NCBI GenBank assembly: GCA_034658655.1
Contig: JAYEFQ010000023.1
Location: forward strand, 18,374-82,373
From: Bacteroidota bacterium
GTDB lineage: Bacteria > Bacteroidota > Bacteroidia > Bacteroidales > ML635J-15
Length of the DNA stretch: 64,000 bases
Reading direction: 5' to 3'
Part shown: positions 9,331-19,606 of the stretch, piece by piece
How positions within the stretch are numbered: position 1 is the stretch's first letter
Layout: the number at the start of each line of letters is the position of its first letter
Notes under the pieces: model-generated
Databases searched by the model: none
The model's input: only the letters and a program-made list of their open reading frames with translations
Told to the model about the DNA's origin: nothing
Translations under genes and position numbers: made by a program

Positions 9331-9822
9331 GACATCTAATTTTTAGTTTCTTTAATAATTAATTCTTTTACAAATATACGGTCATTAACAGGTGTAAATT
9401 GTTAAGGTTCATTCAAACTAATCTAAATGTTTGTTAAAAAATTCACAAAGTGTTAAAACTAGTTTAATTTACATGAAAACAGACTGTTAATTAACTGATA
9501 ATTCTTGCTTTTTTTAATTTTTGATACAAGTTTGATCCAATTGCAAGCGCTCCACTAATAATGGTAAGATTTTTTAAAATGTATTGTCCTTCAAGTGTTA
9601 GTGCATCATTATATTTTTACCGGACAACAGTGTTTGGAAATAGTATAAGATAAGAGGATTCGTCGTTCTAAGCATCTGTAGAAATAATGTGAGTAAATAT
9701 TTTTAACGACAAAAAATGGAAATAGAAATGATTTATATCGAGTGTTTTGATTAATAAATGGTATAACTTGGCATAACAAAGAACTTTTTATTAATTTGGC
9801 TGTTGAAATTTATACTTAAAAA

Positions 9823-11520
9823 ATGCGTATGAAACGATTTACTATTTCCGTAATAATATTGCTATTTTTTGCTTTGCCACTCTTTTCACAAAACATTAAA
9901 CTTGCTGAGGATGCATTGAAATATTTAGCATCTGAAACGCTAGAAGGTAGGTTTCCTGGGACAAAAGGTGACAGTCTCGCACATGTATATCTCACCAAGC
10001 AGTTTCAAAAATCAGGATTATCTTTATTCGATGAAGATTATATTCAGGAATTTGAAATTACCACATCTATCCGTCAAGCGGATGAGAATCGACTGGAAAT
10101 TAAGGGTAAAACAATTTCTGAAGCCAAATATTCCTTATTTAATTTTTCTGCTGATGTAAGTTTGAAATCAGGGATGATTGCACTTTCAAAACTATCCGAA
10201 GAAGCAACGGAATCCCTTAACGGACAATGGCTACTCGTATTTCCTGAGTTTGATAAAGGAGAAATTCCCGCTTATCGTGAATTGGTAAAAACAGCAAATC
10301 GTGCTCAACGACTGGGTGCCGGTGGGATAATTTTTGTTGCAAATGATGACTGGGGTCTTGATTCGGAATTTTATCCGTTTTACTTTACCCGAAGTATGAT
10401 TCGTCTTGATATTCCTGCTATACAGCTTGTTCAAAATACTTGTTTTGAGGAATTGATATCGGATCAATATCCAAGCATGGAAAAATTTCGAGCAGAATTA
10501 AATAACGAAAAGCAAATTAGGTTTGAAAACCTTGAAATTTCAGCCCGTACTAAGATTGATGTTCACAAAAGTACGACAGGAAATGCCATTGCGTATCGTA
10601 CTGTTGATAATTCTGATGAGTGGATAGTAATTGGGGCACATTATGATCATTTGGGTTGGGGCGGATACGGTTCCGGTTCAAGAAGTCCGGAACGACATGA
10701 AATACATTATGGTGCGGATGATAATGCTTCGGGAACCTCCTTGGTTTTAATGTTAGCCGATTATTATGCCACCAAAAATCTGGATGTAAATCTTGCGTTT
10801 ATTTTATTTGCGGCAGAGGAGCAGGGATTGATTGGGTCAAAATATTTTGTTGAAAACAGTCCGATTGCTATGGAAAAAATCCGTGCGATGCTAAATTTCG
10901 ATATGGTTGGACGAGTGCAGAAAAATCGCATCAGCATTAGTGGAACCTCTACTGCTGCAGAGTTTGAGGGAATCTTAAATCATTTTCAAAATAAACCATT
11001 GGAAATTGCCATGTCAGGTGGCGGATTTGCTGGCTCCGATCAGGCATCTTTTGTTTCTGAAGATATTCCGGTGTTATTTTTCAATTCTGGGTTACATGCG
11101 GATTATCATACTCCCGAAGATAATATTGAACACATTAATTTTGAAGGAATTCAACAGGTCGGAGCTTTGTCAATTGCGCTAATTGACAGTTTGTCTCATC
11201 GTGATTTAAAGCTTACATTTCAAAAGCAAAAACAGGAAGAAAAAGCTCGTCACGGGGGAGAAATGAAAGTAACATTAGGAATTATGCCCGATGTTACCGG
11301 CAGGGTTGAAAACGGATTGGCTATTGATGGTGTGCGACCTGGTGGTCCGGCTGAAATTGCCGGAATTATAAAAGGAGATGTGATTCATAAAATTGACGAA
11401 TTTGAAATTGAAAATATTTACGATTACATGGAATCTTTGTCAAAATTTAAAAAGGGACAAAAAGTTGAATTGCAAATTGTCAGAGATGATAAACCCATGA
11501 TATTGGAAGTGAAATTTTAA
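9823..11520 (+). CDS. M28-family metallopeptidase with a C-terminal PDZ domain
   Basis: Signal peptide, then IGAHYDHLG...GADDNASGTS...FAAEEQGLIGS...DMVG...HADYHTPEDN metal-ligand blocks. The C-terminal PDZ-like segment reads GLAIDGVRPGGPAEIAGIIKGDVIHKID. Confidence 0.85.
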   Translation: MRMKRFTISVIILLFFALPLFSQNIKLAEDALKYLASETLEGRFPGTKGDSLAHVYLTKQFQKSGLSLFDEDYIQEFEITTSIRQADENRLEIKGKTISEAKYSLFNFSADVSLKSGMIALSKLSEEATESLNGQWLLVFPEFDKGEIPAYRELVKTANRAQRLGAGGIIFVANDDWGLDSEFYPFYFTRSMIRLDIPAIQLVQNTCFEELISDQYPSMEKFRAELNNEKQIRFENLEISARTKIDVHKSTTGNAIAYRTVDNSDEWIVIGAHYDHLGWGGYGSGSRSPERHEIHYGADDNASGTSLVLMLADYYATKNLDVNLAFILFAAEEQGLIGSKYFVENSPIAMEKIRAMLNFDMVGRVQKNRISISGTSTAAEFEGILNHFQNKPLEIAMSGGGFAGSDQASFVSEDIPVLFFNSGLHADYHTPEDNIEHINFEGIQQVGALSIALIDSLSHRDLKLTFQKQKQEEKARHGGEMKVTLGIMPDVTGRVENGLAIDGVRPGGPAEIAGIIKGDVIHKIDEFEIENIYDYMESLSKFKKGQKVELQIVRDDKPMILEVKF

Positions 11521-11532
11521 AAAAATCAGAAC

Positions 11533-12345
11533 ATGAAAAAGGTGCTTATTTGGATTTTTGCTGTTGTAATTACGCTTGCAGCATCTTATTATCAGCGAAA
11601 AACCGGACCGACTTATCCGCTTAACTTTAAAACAGAAATTCATAGTGAAACTTATGCCTTTGAATTAACTCGCTCTGCTTCGCATGGTGATGGATGTATG
11701 GTTGAGCTCCCCACATCTGATAGAATTAGTCATGCCAAGGTGCTATTCAAGAAATATCCCGGTAATTTTGAATTTGATACCATAATTATGGTTGAAAAAG
11801 ATGATCAATGGATTGCTTCTTTGCCAATTCAACCAGCGGCAGGAAAATTGCAATATTATGTATTGATTTATGATGAAAGTGATGTGTTGTTTTCCACTGA
11901 AGAGATACCAGCAATTGTGCGTTTTAAAGGTGATGTGCCTGTATGGGCGTTAATTCCGCATGTGCTTGCAATGTTTTTTGCAATGTTACTTAGTGCGGTT
12001 GCTTTATTGATGGCAATTTTTAATGTCGGAAACATAAAACGAATAGCGATTTGGACATTTTCAGCGCTCGCAATTGGTGGATTTATTTTTGGTCCTATTG
12101 TGCAATATTTTGCATTTGGACAAGCTTGGACAGGTTTTCCTGTTGGCTATGATTTAACGGATAATAAAACCTTAATTGCCGGTGTGTTTTGGCTCGCTGC
12201 CATGTTGCTTAATCTAAAACAAACAAGACGCTGGATTATCATTCTATCTGGAATTGTTTTGTTGGGAATATTCACTATTCCTCATTCTGTACGTGGCTCA
12301 GAATATAATTATGAGGCGGAGACTATCGAAACGGGAAATAAGTAG
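11533..12345 (+). CDS. integral membrane protein of unknown function
   Basis: N-terminal anchor, a soluble domain of about 130 aa, then 4-5 predicted TM helices. Starts 12 nt after the M28 gene. Confidence 0.55.
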   Translation: MKKVLIWIFAVVITLAASYYQRKTGPTYPLNFKTEIHSETYAFELTRSASHGDGCMVELPTSDRISHAKVLFKKYPGNFEFDTIIMVEKDDQWIASLPIQPAAGKLQYYVLIYDESDVLFSTEEIPAIVRFKGDVPVWALIPHVLAMFFAMLLSAVALLMAIFNVGNIKRIAIWTFSALAIGGFIFGPIVQYFAFGQAWTGFPVGYDLTDNKTLIAGVFWLAAMLLNLKQTRRWIIILSGIVLLGIFTIPHSVRGSEYNYEAETIETGNK

Positions 12346-12386
12346 TGCCTATTCGTTGATTAAGCCGAAAATCACAACATAAAAAG

Positions 12387-13625
12387 TTATTTTCGATAGC
12401 TGCTAATATAAACAATAGCGCTTAGCATTCCGAAACTAAAGAATAGAATGGCTGCCAGTAAAAGTGCATTTTGCAAACTGTATAAATCGCTGTACCATCC
12501 TAAAAATGGACCGATAATTGAAAATAAAATTCGAATTATGAAATTTCTGACAGATAATACTGTCGCACGATGTTCAGAATCAGTCAATCGGTTAATGTAG
12601 TCTTTAAGTACCGGTGTTGCAACTCCTCGCATCATATAAAACAGCATAACAAAAGGAATTACCCACAAATTGCTGATTAGTCCCATGGCTCCATATCCGA
12701 TCAAGATAATCAGCATAAAACCGATAATGCTATTTCTGTCGCCGATACGTGCTTCAATTTTATAAGCAATCAGGCTCATAAGTCCTACGCTCAAATTTAA
12801 CACCGCCCAAGCAATCCCTATTTCTGATTTTGAGAATTCTAAAATATGAGCCATATACGGTTGAATAAACCAAGCCATGCTCAAGGTTGCACATCCTGTA
12901 ATTGCAGAGAATAAAATGTTGTATCTCAATACTTTGTTGTCAATCAGTGAGTTTTTTACGACATGTAATATTCGCTTTAAGCTACCTTGTCCTAAATTTT
13001 TTATATGAGGAGGCTCAATGAGTGTGATTGCTGCCGGAACAGCAATTAATGCAACAAATATTTGTGCTTGAAACGGTAGCCGTAAACTTACTTCTGCAAG
13101 TAATCCTCCGGCAATGGCAGCAAGGGTTTCTGCAAAATTTCCGATTGAAATTACACGGCCTTCATATTTTAAATAGTCTGCCTGTCGATTGTTTGATTTT
13201 AAACTGTCGTAAAGCATTGCTGAGTCAGAGCCAGAAATAAAACTTTGTCCGATTCCTAAAGTCAGCTCTGCAGCCAAGAATCCCCAAAATCCGAAAGAAA
13301 AACTGTATATCGAAAAGCCGATAACTCCTAAAATACTTCCAATAATTAGGGTGGTTTTTCTGCCCCAAACATCGGCTGCGTATCCCGAGGGAATTTCAAG
13401 GGCAACAATTGCAATGGAATAAACTGCTTGTAGGGTCAAAACTTCGGTCATTCCCAGACCGTTTTCCTGATAAAACAAGACAATAATTGGCATGGTCATC
13501 ATAAACCATTTCGCAATTTTTATCAGGTATAATCTGGGGATATTTGAAGCCAAAGATGTCATGAACAATTTTTCTTCGCGCAAAGATAATATTGCAGTTT
13601 TGTTTTCAAGATGTTTTGTGTACAT
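12387..13625 (-). CDS. MFS transporter
   Basis: About 12 hydrophobic segments, with a GYAADVWGRKTT motif after TM2. An alternative start at 13562 (MTSLASN...) is possible. Confidence 0.8.
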   Translation of the reverse strand: MYTKHLENKTAILSLREEKLFMTSLASNIPRLYLIKIAKWFMMTMPIIVLFYQENGLGMTEVLTLQAVYSIAIVALEIPSGYAADVWGRKTTLIIGSILGVIGFSIYSFSFGFWGFLAAELTLGIGQSFISGSDSAMLYDSLKSNNRQADYLKYEGRVISIGNFAETLAAIAGGLLAEVSLRLPFQAQIFVALIAVPAAITLIEPPHIKNLGQGSLKRILHVVKNSLIDNKVLRYNILFSAITGCATLSMAWFIQPYMAHILEFSKSEIGIAWAVLNLSVGLMSLIAYKIEARIGDRNSIIGFMLIILIGYGAMGLISNLWVIPFVMLFYMMRGVATPVLKDYINRLTDSEHRATVLSVRNFIIRILFSIIGPFLGWYSDLYSLQNALLLAAILFFSFGMLSAIVYISSYRK

Positions 13626-14079
13626 AAATCAAAAAAAATAGGAAAAGCCGATGACGCTTAAGGGGAGAAATTTCTCCTCAATCACTTGCTAAACGATGGA
13701 ATACGCGCAGGAAAGCGTAGATGCGTAGTGGCGTCTCGAAAGCTTTCGGAAGCGTTGTTGCGAAAATGTCTTCTCAAGGTCTCGCTAAGTGAAGGAATAC
13801 GCGCAGGAAAGCCGAGGCTTTGAGTTAAGGAATTTTCAATTTCAGCAAGTAGTCATCAGTTTAGCACAGTGCAACCGTTTGGAATTTTGAGATTTGTAAA
13901 ATTGGAGCTTATTTGTTATTTGTAATTTGTTTTTTGGCGCTTTCTTTTATCATTAAGAAAATTAAGGTTTTCATTGAGTTTGTTCTTTCAGCAGCTAGCA
14001 AGCAGTTTAGAACATTTCCATAACCCCTAGTTCCTGATCTCCTGCGGAAATTTCAAAAAAATCATGTACATTTGTCCTT

Positions 14080-15084
14080 ATGACATTTGCACAAATATTA
14101 AAGGATATAGAAAAGCGGATATACAAACCCATTTATTTTCTCTATGGGGATGAATCTTTTTTTATTGATGAAATCACCGATAAAATTGCAAGTTCGGTGT
14201 TGAGTGAAAGCGAGCGTTCATTTAATCAAAGCGTGCTTTACGGGAAAGATACTAATATGTATCAAATCACAGAAATGGCTTTGCGTTTTCCGATGATGGC
14301 AAATCATCAAGTTCTGATTGTTAAAGAAGCGCAGGAATTAAAAGACATCAAACTACTTGAATCTTATGCCGAGCAGCCGTTAAACAGTACGATTCTTGTT
14401 TTCAATTTCAAATACAAAAAAATTGATAAGCGCCTGAAGGTTTTTAAAACTCTTGCAAAAAATGCAGTTTTATTTGAAGCTAAGCCTGTATATGAAAACA
14501 AAATCCATGACTGGATAGAAACTTGGTTAATGAATCAGGGCTTGCAAATTGAACCTAAAGCATCTATGTTAATTTCTGAAAATGTGGGGGCACAATTATC
14601 GAAAATTGTGAATGAATTGCGTAAGTTGCAAATATCGTTGCCTGCTGGTCAAAATACAATTACAGAACAAATGGTAATTGATAATATCGGAATTAGCAGG
14701 GAGTATAATGTCTTTGAATTGCAGCGGGCGCTGGGTGTAAAAGATAAACCTAAAGCCTATCGCATTATTATGCATTTCGGGAAAAATCCACGGAATTATC
14801 CGGCAGTGTTAACAATGGGTATTCTTTTTTCTTATTTTAAGAAGTTGATGATTTATCATAGTTTAAAAGATCGATCAAAAAATAATGTTGCTTCATCCAT
14901 TGGGGTTTCACCTTTTTTTGTTGATGAATACACAAGAGCGGCACGAAATTACAATCTCAAACGTTTAGTACAAATTGTCTCCATTATGCGAGAATACGAT
15001 ATGAAAATAAAAGGCGTTGGCTCTGGTGAAACAGAAGAAGGGGAATTAATGCGAGAAATGATTTATAAAATAATGAATGTATGA
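14080..15084 (+). CDS. holA: DNA polymerase III subunit delta
   Basis: MTFAQILKDIEKRIYKPIYFLYGDESFFIDEITDKI..., the correct length (334 aa) and the KLQISLP... region typical of HolA. Confidence 0.85.
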   Translation: MTFAQILKDIEKRIYKPIYFLYGDESFFIDEITDKIASSVLSESERSFNQSVLYGKDTNMYQITEMALRFPMMANHQVLIVKEAQELKDIKLLESYAEQPLNSTILVFNFKYKKIDKRLKVFKTLAKNAVLFEAKPVYENKIHDWIETWLMNQGLQIEPKASMLISENVGAQLSKIVNELRKLQISLPAGQNTITEQMVIDNIGISREYNVFELQRALGVKDKPKAYRIIMHFGKNPRNYPAVLTMGILFSYFKKLMIYHSLKDRSKNNVASSIGVSPFFVDEYTRAARNYNLKRLVQIVSIMREYDMKIKGVGSGETEEGELMREMIYKIMNV

Positions 15085-15713
15085 GCGGAAATGAATGGAT
15101 ATTATACTTGATTATTGGCGTTACAGGATTGATTACATGGCAAACCTGGAGAGATAAATCCGGCTTTTATAAATTGCAGTTTAATGCGTATCAAGTAATC
15201 CGTCGAAACGAATGGTATCGCTTAATTACGCATGCATTTTTGCATGTGAATTGGATGCACTTGATTATTAATATGTTGGTTTTGTTTTCTTTCGGACGTG
15301 GCGTGTTGTATATTTTCGAGATTCACCCTTCCTTTAATAATCCCTTACTGCATTTTTTGATTTTGTACTTTGCCTCTATTGTGTTTAGCAGTTTATTCAG
15401 CCTTGCTAAGCACAAAGACAATCCGCATTATAATGCTGTTGGCGCATCAGGGGCAGTGTCTGCGGTTGTTTTTACCAGCATATTCTTCATGCCATGGAAT
15501 ATGATTTATTTCTTTGGAATTATTCCGATTCCGGGAATACTATTCGGTGTTGCTTACCTGATATATTCCTATGTTAGAGGAAAACGAGGACAAGATAATA
15601 TTGGACACGATGCGCATTTTTGGGGCGCAATTTTCGGATTTGTATATCCCATGATGATTGATCCATCCTTAATATCAGTCTTTATTCACAATATTACTTC
15701 ATTTAATTTTTAA
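15081..15713 (+). CDS. rhomboid-family intramembrane serine protease
   Basis: WYRLITHAFLHVNWMHLIINM, GASGAVSAVVF (catalytic GxSG) and HFWGAIFG (His). Overlaps holA at ATGA. Confidence 0.85.
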   Translation: MSGNEWILYLIIGVTGLITWQTWRDKSGFYKLQFNAYQVIRRNEWYRLITHAFLHVNWMHLIINMLVLFSFGRGVLYIFEIHPSFNNPLLHFLILYFASIVFSSLFSLAKHKDNPHYNAVGASGAVSAVVFTSIFFMPWNMIYFFGIIPIPGILFGVAYLIYSYVRGKRGQDNIGHDAHFWGAIFGFVYPMMIDPSLISVFIHNITSFNF

Positions 15714-15717
15714 TGAG

Positions 15718-16203
15718 ATGAAACAAAAAGCAATATTTATTGATAGGGATGGTGTAATTAATAGAGAAATTGGTCGCTATGTGACAAATATTGACGATTT
15801 TGTACTGAATCCCGGGATACTTCAAGGGTTGAAGAAATTAAAAGCTGCCGGTTGGTTGTTGATCATGATAACCAATCAGGGAGGAATTGCAAAAGGACTA
15901 TACACTAAAGATAAAGTGGATTGTTTGCATGGCTTGATAACGGAACAACTATCCAGACTTAAAATTAATTTCGATGCCATTTATATTTGTCCGCATCATA
16001 ATGAGATAGAAAAATGCCTTTGCAGAAAACCTAATAGCTTGTTACTTGAAAAAGCAATTGCCCGATTTAATATTGATACAAATCAATCTGTAATGATTGG
16101 AGATTCTGATCGTGATATGCTGGCTGCAGAACGGGTAGGAGTGCGTGGCATAAAAGTGAATCCTAATGAAAATTTTTTAAAAACTATTGCCGAATTTCTG
16201 TAA
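15718..16203 (+). CDS. gmhB: D,D-heptose 1,7-bisphosphate phosphatase / HAD-IIIA hydrolase
   Basis: AIFIDRDGVIN, ITNQGGIAKG, CPHH...CLCRKP and GDSDRD motifs. Confidence 0.8.
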   Translation: MKQKAIFIDRDGVINREIGRYVTNIDDFVLNPGILQGLKKLKAAGWLLIMITNQGGIAKGLYTKDKVDCLHGLITEQLSRLKINFDAIYICPHHNEIEKCLCRKPNSLLLEKAIARFNIDTNQSVMIGDSDRDMLAAERVGVRGIKVNPNENFLKTIAEFL

Positions 16204-16206
16204 ATT

Positions 16207-17049
16207 ATGAGCCGACACATCATATATAATGGTGATTTAATTAAAAATGATGCCTTGTTTTGTGCCACCGACGCAGTATTGCAAGGTGTTAATAGGCTAA
16301 ATTTTACGTGGCTTATCGTATCCTCGGCTTTGCCTTTTTATCAAGACGAATTTCGAAAAATTGAAAAATATGCAAATTATAAAGGCATAAAACTTCCCGC
16401 TTGGATGACTGCCAATACCTTTGCTCAAGATATTCAGCATTTGTTTCAAATGAACAGAATTTATCAGGGAGGTTTGTTGAAAATGTTGCTTTTCGTTGAG
16501 GCTCCCAGGCAGGAAGCTAAATATTTAATGACTGCAGAATCGCTTAATCGACAAAAATTTCATTTGAATTCTGAAGGATTAAAAGTTGATATTTTTCGCA
16601 AAAATCGATTGTTCTCTGGGTCTGCTGAAGTGTTTGATGTAGGTGTCTCGGCAACGGAAACCTCTGCAATCAATAGCATGCATCAAAATGGATTAAACCA
16701 AATGGTTTTGTTAAATGAAATGAATCATGTTGCCCGTTTTGTTGGGGCAAACTTCATGCTTTTAGATCATGATACGGTTTATACACCTGCAATAAAAGAA
16801 GGCGCAATTGAGGATGTCATGCGTGAAAAAGTAATTGAGGCTTGCGTTCGGCTTAATATTAAAGTATTTGACGATTGCATTGTTCATGCAGATGATTTGA
16901 AAACTGCAGATGAAATATTTGTGATAGATCCGGTTCATGGATTAAAGTGGGTGCTGGGTTTTGAGGACAGACGCTTTTATTACAAATTTGCGCCAAAACT
17001 GCATCAAATGTTAAATCAATTGTACTTCGGAAAAACGAATGCAACATAA
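16207..17049 (+). CDS. class IV aminotransferase-fold protein (aminodeoxychorismate lyase-like)
   Basis: The segment NEMNHVARFVGANFMLLDHDTVYTPAIKEGAIEDVMREKVIE resembles the fold-type IV core. The call is tentative. Confidence 0.5.
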   Translation: MSRHIIYNGDLIKNDALFCATDAVLQGVNRLNFTWLIVSSALPFYQDEFRKIEKYANYKGIKLPAWMTANTFAQDIQHLFQMNRIYQGGLLKMLLFVEAPRQEAKYLMTAESLNRQKFHLNSEGLKVDIFRKNRLFSGSAEVFDVGVSATETSAINSMHQNGLNQMVLLNEMNHVARFVGANFMLLDHDTVYTPAIKEGAIEDVMREKVIEACVRLNIKVFDDCIVHADDLKTADEIFVIDPVHGLKWVLGFEDRRFYYKFAPKLHQMLNQLYFGKTNAT

Positions 17050-17208
17050 ATTCCATATGGAATAGGCATTTGATTTTTGACACAATATTTTCCCAGATTA
17101 TATTTTGCTGCGAATTAAAGCCAAAATATTTTTCGTAATTTTATAAAAAATCCAAATATGCAGACAACGAAATAAAAACTTGTACTGTCTAATAACCAGA
17201 ATGTAAAA

Positions 17209-17742
17209 ATGAAGGAGGAAAAGAAACTTGTTAAACAGTGTAAAAACCATTCCCATAAAGCCTTTGACCGCTTGTATGATGCGTACTCACCGGTTTTGTT
17301 TGGGATATGTTTACGCTACGCAAGAGACGATTCCTCAGCAGAAGACATTTTGCAAGAAGCCTTTTTAATCATTTTTAATAAAATAGAAGGCTATCGATTT
17401 GAAGGTTCTTTTGAAGGCTGGCTAAAACGGATTACTGTGAATACGGCAATCAATTATCTGCGAAAGCAAAACAGGCAAAGTTTTTCTAGTTTAGATGATG
17501 GTTATCACGAATATTCAGCCGCAGAAGCTGATAACATCGTGTCAGGAATGTCTGAACAGGAAATATTGCAGCATATACAAACATTGCCCGATGGATATCG
17601 TACCATATTTAACCTTTTTGTTATTGAAGGATACAAACATGTGGAAATTGCCAAAATGTTGAATATCACGGAAAGTACATCTCGAACACAGTTAGCGAAA
17701 GCCAGAAAAGCACTTCAAAGAAAATTAATGGAAAACAAATGA
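17209..17742 (+). CDS. ECF-type RNA polymerase sigma-70 factor
   Basis: Region 2 reads AFDRLYDAYSPVLFGICLRYARDDSSAEDILQEAF. Region 4 reads LPDGYRTIFNLFVIEGYKHVEIAKMLNITESTSRTQLAKARKAL. Confidence 0.9.
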   Translation: MKEEKKLVKQCKNHSHKAFDRLYDAYSPVLFGICLRYARDDSSAEDILQEAFLIIFNKIEGYRFEGSFEGWLKRITVNTAINYLRKQNRQSFSSLDDGYHEYSAAEADNIVSGMSEQEILQHIQTLPDGYRTIFNLFVIEGYKHVEIAKMLNITESTSRTQLAKARKALQRKLMENK

Positions 17743-19532
17743 AGCAGTTTGATAAACATATTCAGGATAAAATGCAGGGGATGAAAGTTTCTCCTTCGCC
17801 GAAGCTGAAAGCAAATTTACAGCAGCAGTATCCGAAACAATCCTTCGTGCAGACAATCAATCCGTTTGTGGGTGGGCTTGCAGTTGTTGCTGCAATTAGT
17901 TTGTTGGTTTTTCTCGCATTGCAAATTACGAATAATCCAAATCTTGTTTATAGCCCAACACCATTAAATACTGAAGCATATCAGCCAATTGATAATCCAC
18001 AGGTCATTAATATGAATACTTCAGATAAAGCCAATGCTTTGTCTCCTAAAGAAAATCATATTATTGCTGATAATACAGAGGATAGTCGCACAGGCTGTAA
18101 AAGCACTTTCTGTACTTATCAAAATCAAATTGAAATTCCCGTTGAGCTTGAGCAGTATAGTCTTTTATTTACCGATGATGGATTGAATGTTCATGCAAAC
18201 AAACAAAATACGAAGATTATAGCTGATACACTCGGAGATTATTTATTGATTATTGCATCAAAAACTGAAAATAGATTGGATACAATGCTGATCTCTTTTC
18301 TTGCAGCACCTAAAATGCCAGATTTAAAAGATACCATGGTTTGTGGGTTAGAATTTTCAATTAATACAGCAGGTAAATCTGGAGATTTCCGTTTGCCGGA
18401 TGGTTTATCAATGAGAAAAAATAGAACAGATTTTTCCATAATGGCAGAACAATATTGTAAATATAAGCTGGTTTATTTTGAAACCGATGAAATTGGAACA
18501 TTTACTCACGAGTTTGTAGTGGAATTTATTCCTGCCGAGATGCCTGAGGTGCAAATCGTAAAAAACCCGCGTTGTTATCTTGATAATGCTGTCATTCAAC
18601 TTGATCTTAAATCCAATGAAAAAGGCGAAGTGAGTTTGTCTCATGGAAATGTAGAAATCCTTGATAATCAATCTTATCGCTTGAATTTTGATTATGAAAC
18701 TGCAGATCAAATTTATTGTTTCATTAAGTATCATCAAGCTGCCTGCAATTTATTTGATACACTTATGTTTGATCTTCCTGAGAAACCTGATTATAATATG
18801 GTAGTTAATCAAGCGAACTGTAATCATGAGGCAAGTTTAATGGTAGAGAGTTATGATGCAAATGCATTGAAAGTTTTCTTGAATCAGGAACAAATTGAAT
18901 TGCAGAAAACCATTTCAATGATTCCAGGAGATTATCAACTTCAGTTTTTAGATGAAAATGCCTGTGTAATTACTGAAACGTTTAGCATACTTGAGCAAAA
19001 TAATTTACATGCTAGCTTTGAATTCCAAACGGCATTAGATGGAATGTCGGTGCGAGTAACAAATAATACGAAAGGGATTGATGTGTTTGATGCTGATGTT
19101 GAATATCAGTGGTATGTGAACGGTAAACTTGTTTCAGAGCAGGAGTCTCCAACTATAGAATTAACACAAATATCTAACACAATTCGTTTATTTGTGAAAT
19201 TAGGAATGTGTGAAGATGAGATGATTGTTTCTGATATTCAGCCAGATAAAGGCTTAATTCGTTGTGCGAATTTCTTTACTCCAAATGGCGATGGACAGTT
19301 TGATTTTTTTAAAGTGTTGGTTGATCCAAGCTTAACAAGGTTTGCAGGGAAAATATTTAATAGAGCCGGACAGCTTGTTTATGAATGGACAGATGCGAAT
19401 GAAGCATGGGACGGAAAATTTGCAGGAAATCAGGATGCCACAGAAGGTGTGTATTTTTATGCAATTCAGGCTGTCGATTCTACAGGACAAATTATTGAAA
19501 AAAGAGGTACAATTCAGTTAATTCGGGACTAG
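17739..19532 (+). CDS. membrane-anchored protein with a T9SS type-B (gliding-motility C-terminal) sorting domain; anti-sigma position
   Basis: Overlaps the sigma gene at ATGA. A single TM helix (FVGGLAVVAAISLLVFLALQI) follows about 42 cytoplasmic residues. The C-terminus reads CANFFTPNGDGQFDFFKV...WDGKFAGNQDATEGVYFYAIQAVD. Confidence 0.7.
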   Translation: MKQFDKHIQDKMQGMKVSPSPKLKANLQQQYPKQSFVQTINPFVGGLAVVAAISLLVFLALQITNNPNLVYSPTPLNTEAYQPIDNPQVINMNTSDKANALSPKENHIIADNTEDSRTGCKSTFCTYQNQIEIPVELEQYSLLFTDDGLNVHANKQNTKIIADTLGDYLLIIASKTENRLDTMLISFLAAPKMPDLKDTMVCGLEFSINTAGKSGDFRLPDGLSMRKNRTDFSIMAEQYCKYKLVYFETDEIGTFTHEFVVEFIPAEMPEVQIVKNPRCYLDNAVIQLDLKSNEKGEVSLSHGNVEILDNQSYRLNFDYETADQIYCFIKYHQAACNLFDTLMFDLPEKPDYNMVVNQANCNHEASLMVESYDANALKVFLNQEQIELQKTISMIPGDYQLQFLDENACVITETFSILEQNNLHASFEFQTALDGMSVRVTNNTKGIDVFDADVEYQWYVNGKLVSEQESPTIELTQISNTIRLFVKLGMCEDEMIVSDIQPDKGLIRCANFFTPNGDGQFDFFKVLVDPSLTRFAGKIFNRAGQLVYEWTDANEAWDGKFAGNQDATEGVYFYAIQAVDSTGQIIEKRGTIQLIRD

Positions 19533-19560
19533 TGCATCAATATCCAAGTTTAAAAGAAAG

Positions 19561-19584
19561 AAGCCGGCAAAACCGGCTTTTTTT
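19561..19584. terminator. bidirectional intrinsic terminator
   Basis: aagccgg (19561-19567) pairs with ccggctt (19573-19579), followed by a T-run. Lies between convergent genes. Confidence 0.7.
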
Positions 19585-19606
19585 CATTGTATGATGTGTT
19601 TGTCTT

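Noticed and set aside
13686-13815. Possible mini-CRISPR or tRNA-like element formed by the two 33-nt direct repeats
   Set aside because: There are only two imperfect copies with a 64-nt interval. No cas genes are present, and I could not draw a cloverleaf or find a T-loop (GTTCGAATC-like) motif.
17051-17064. Perfect 14-nt palindrome attccatatggaat after the aminotransferase-like gene, considered as a regulatory site
   Set aside because: It is short and AT-rich, so it is expected by chance in this composition. It has no loop, no T-run and no second copy.
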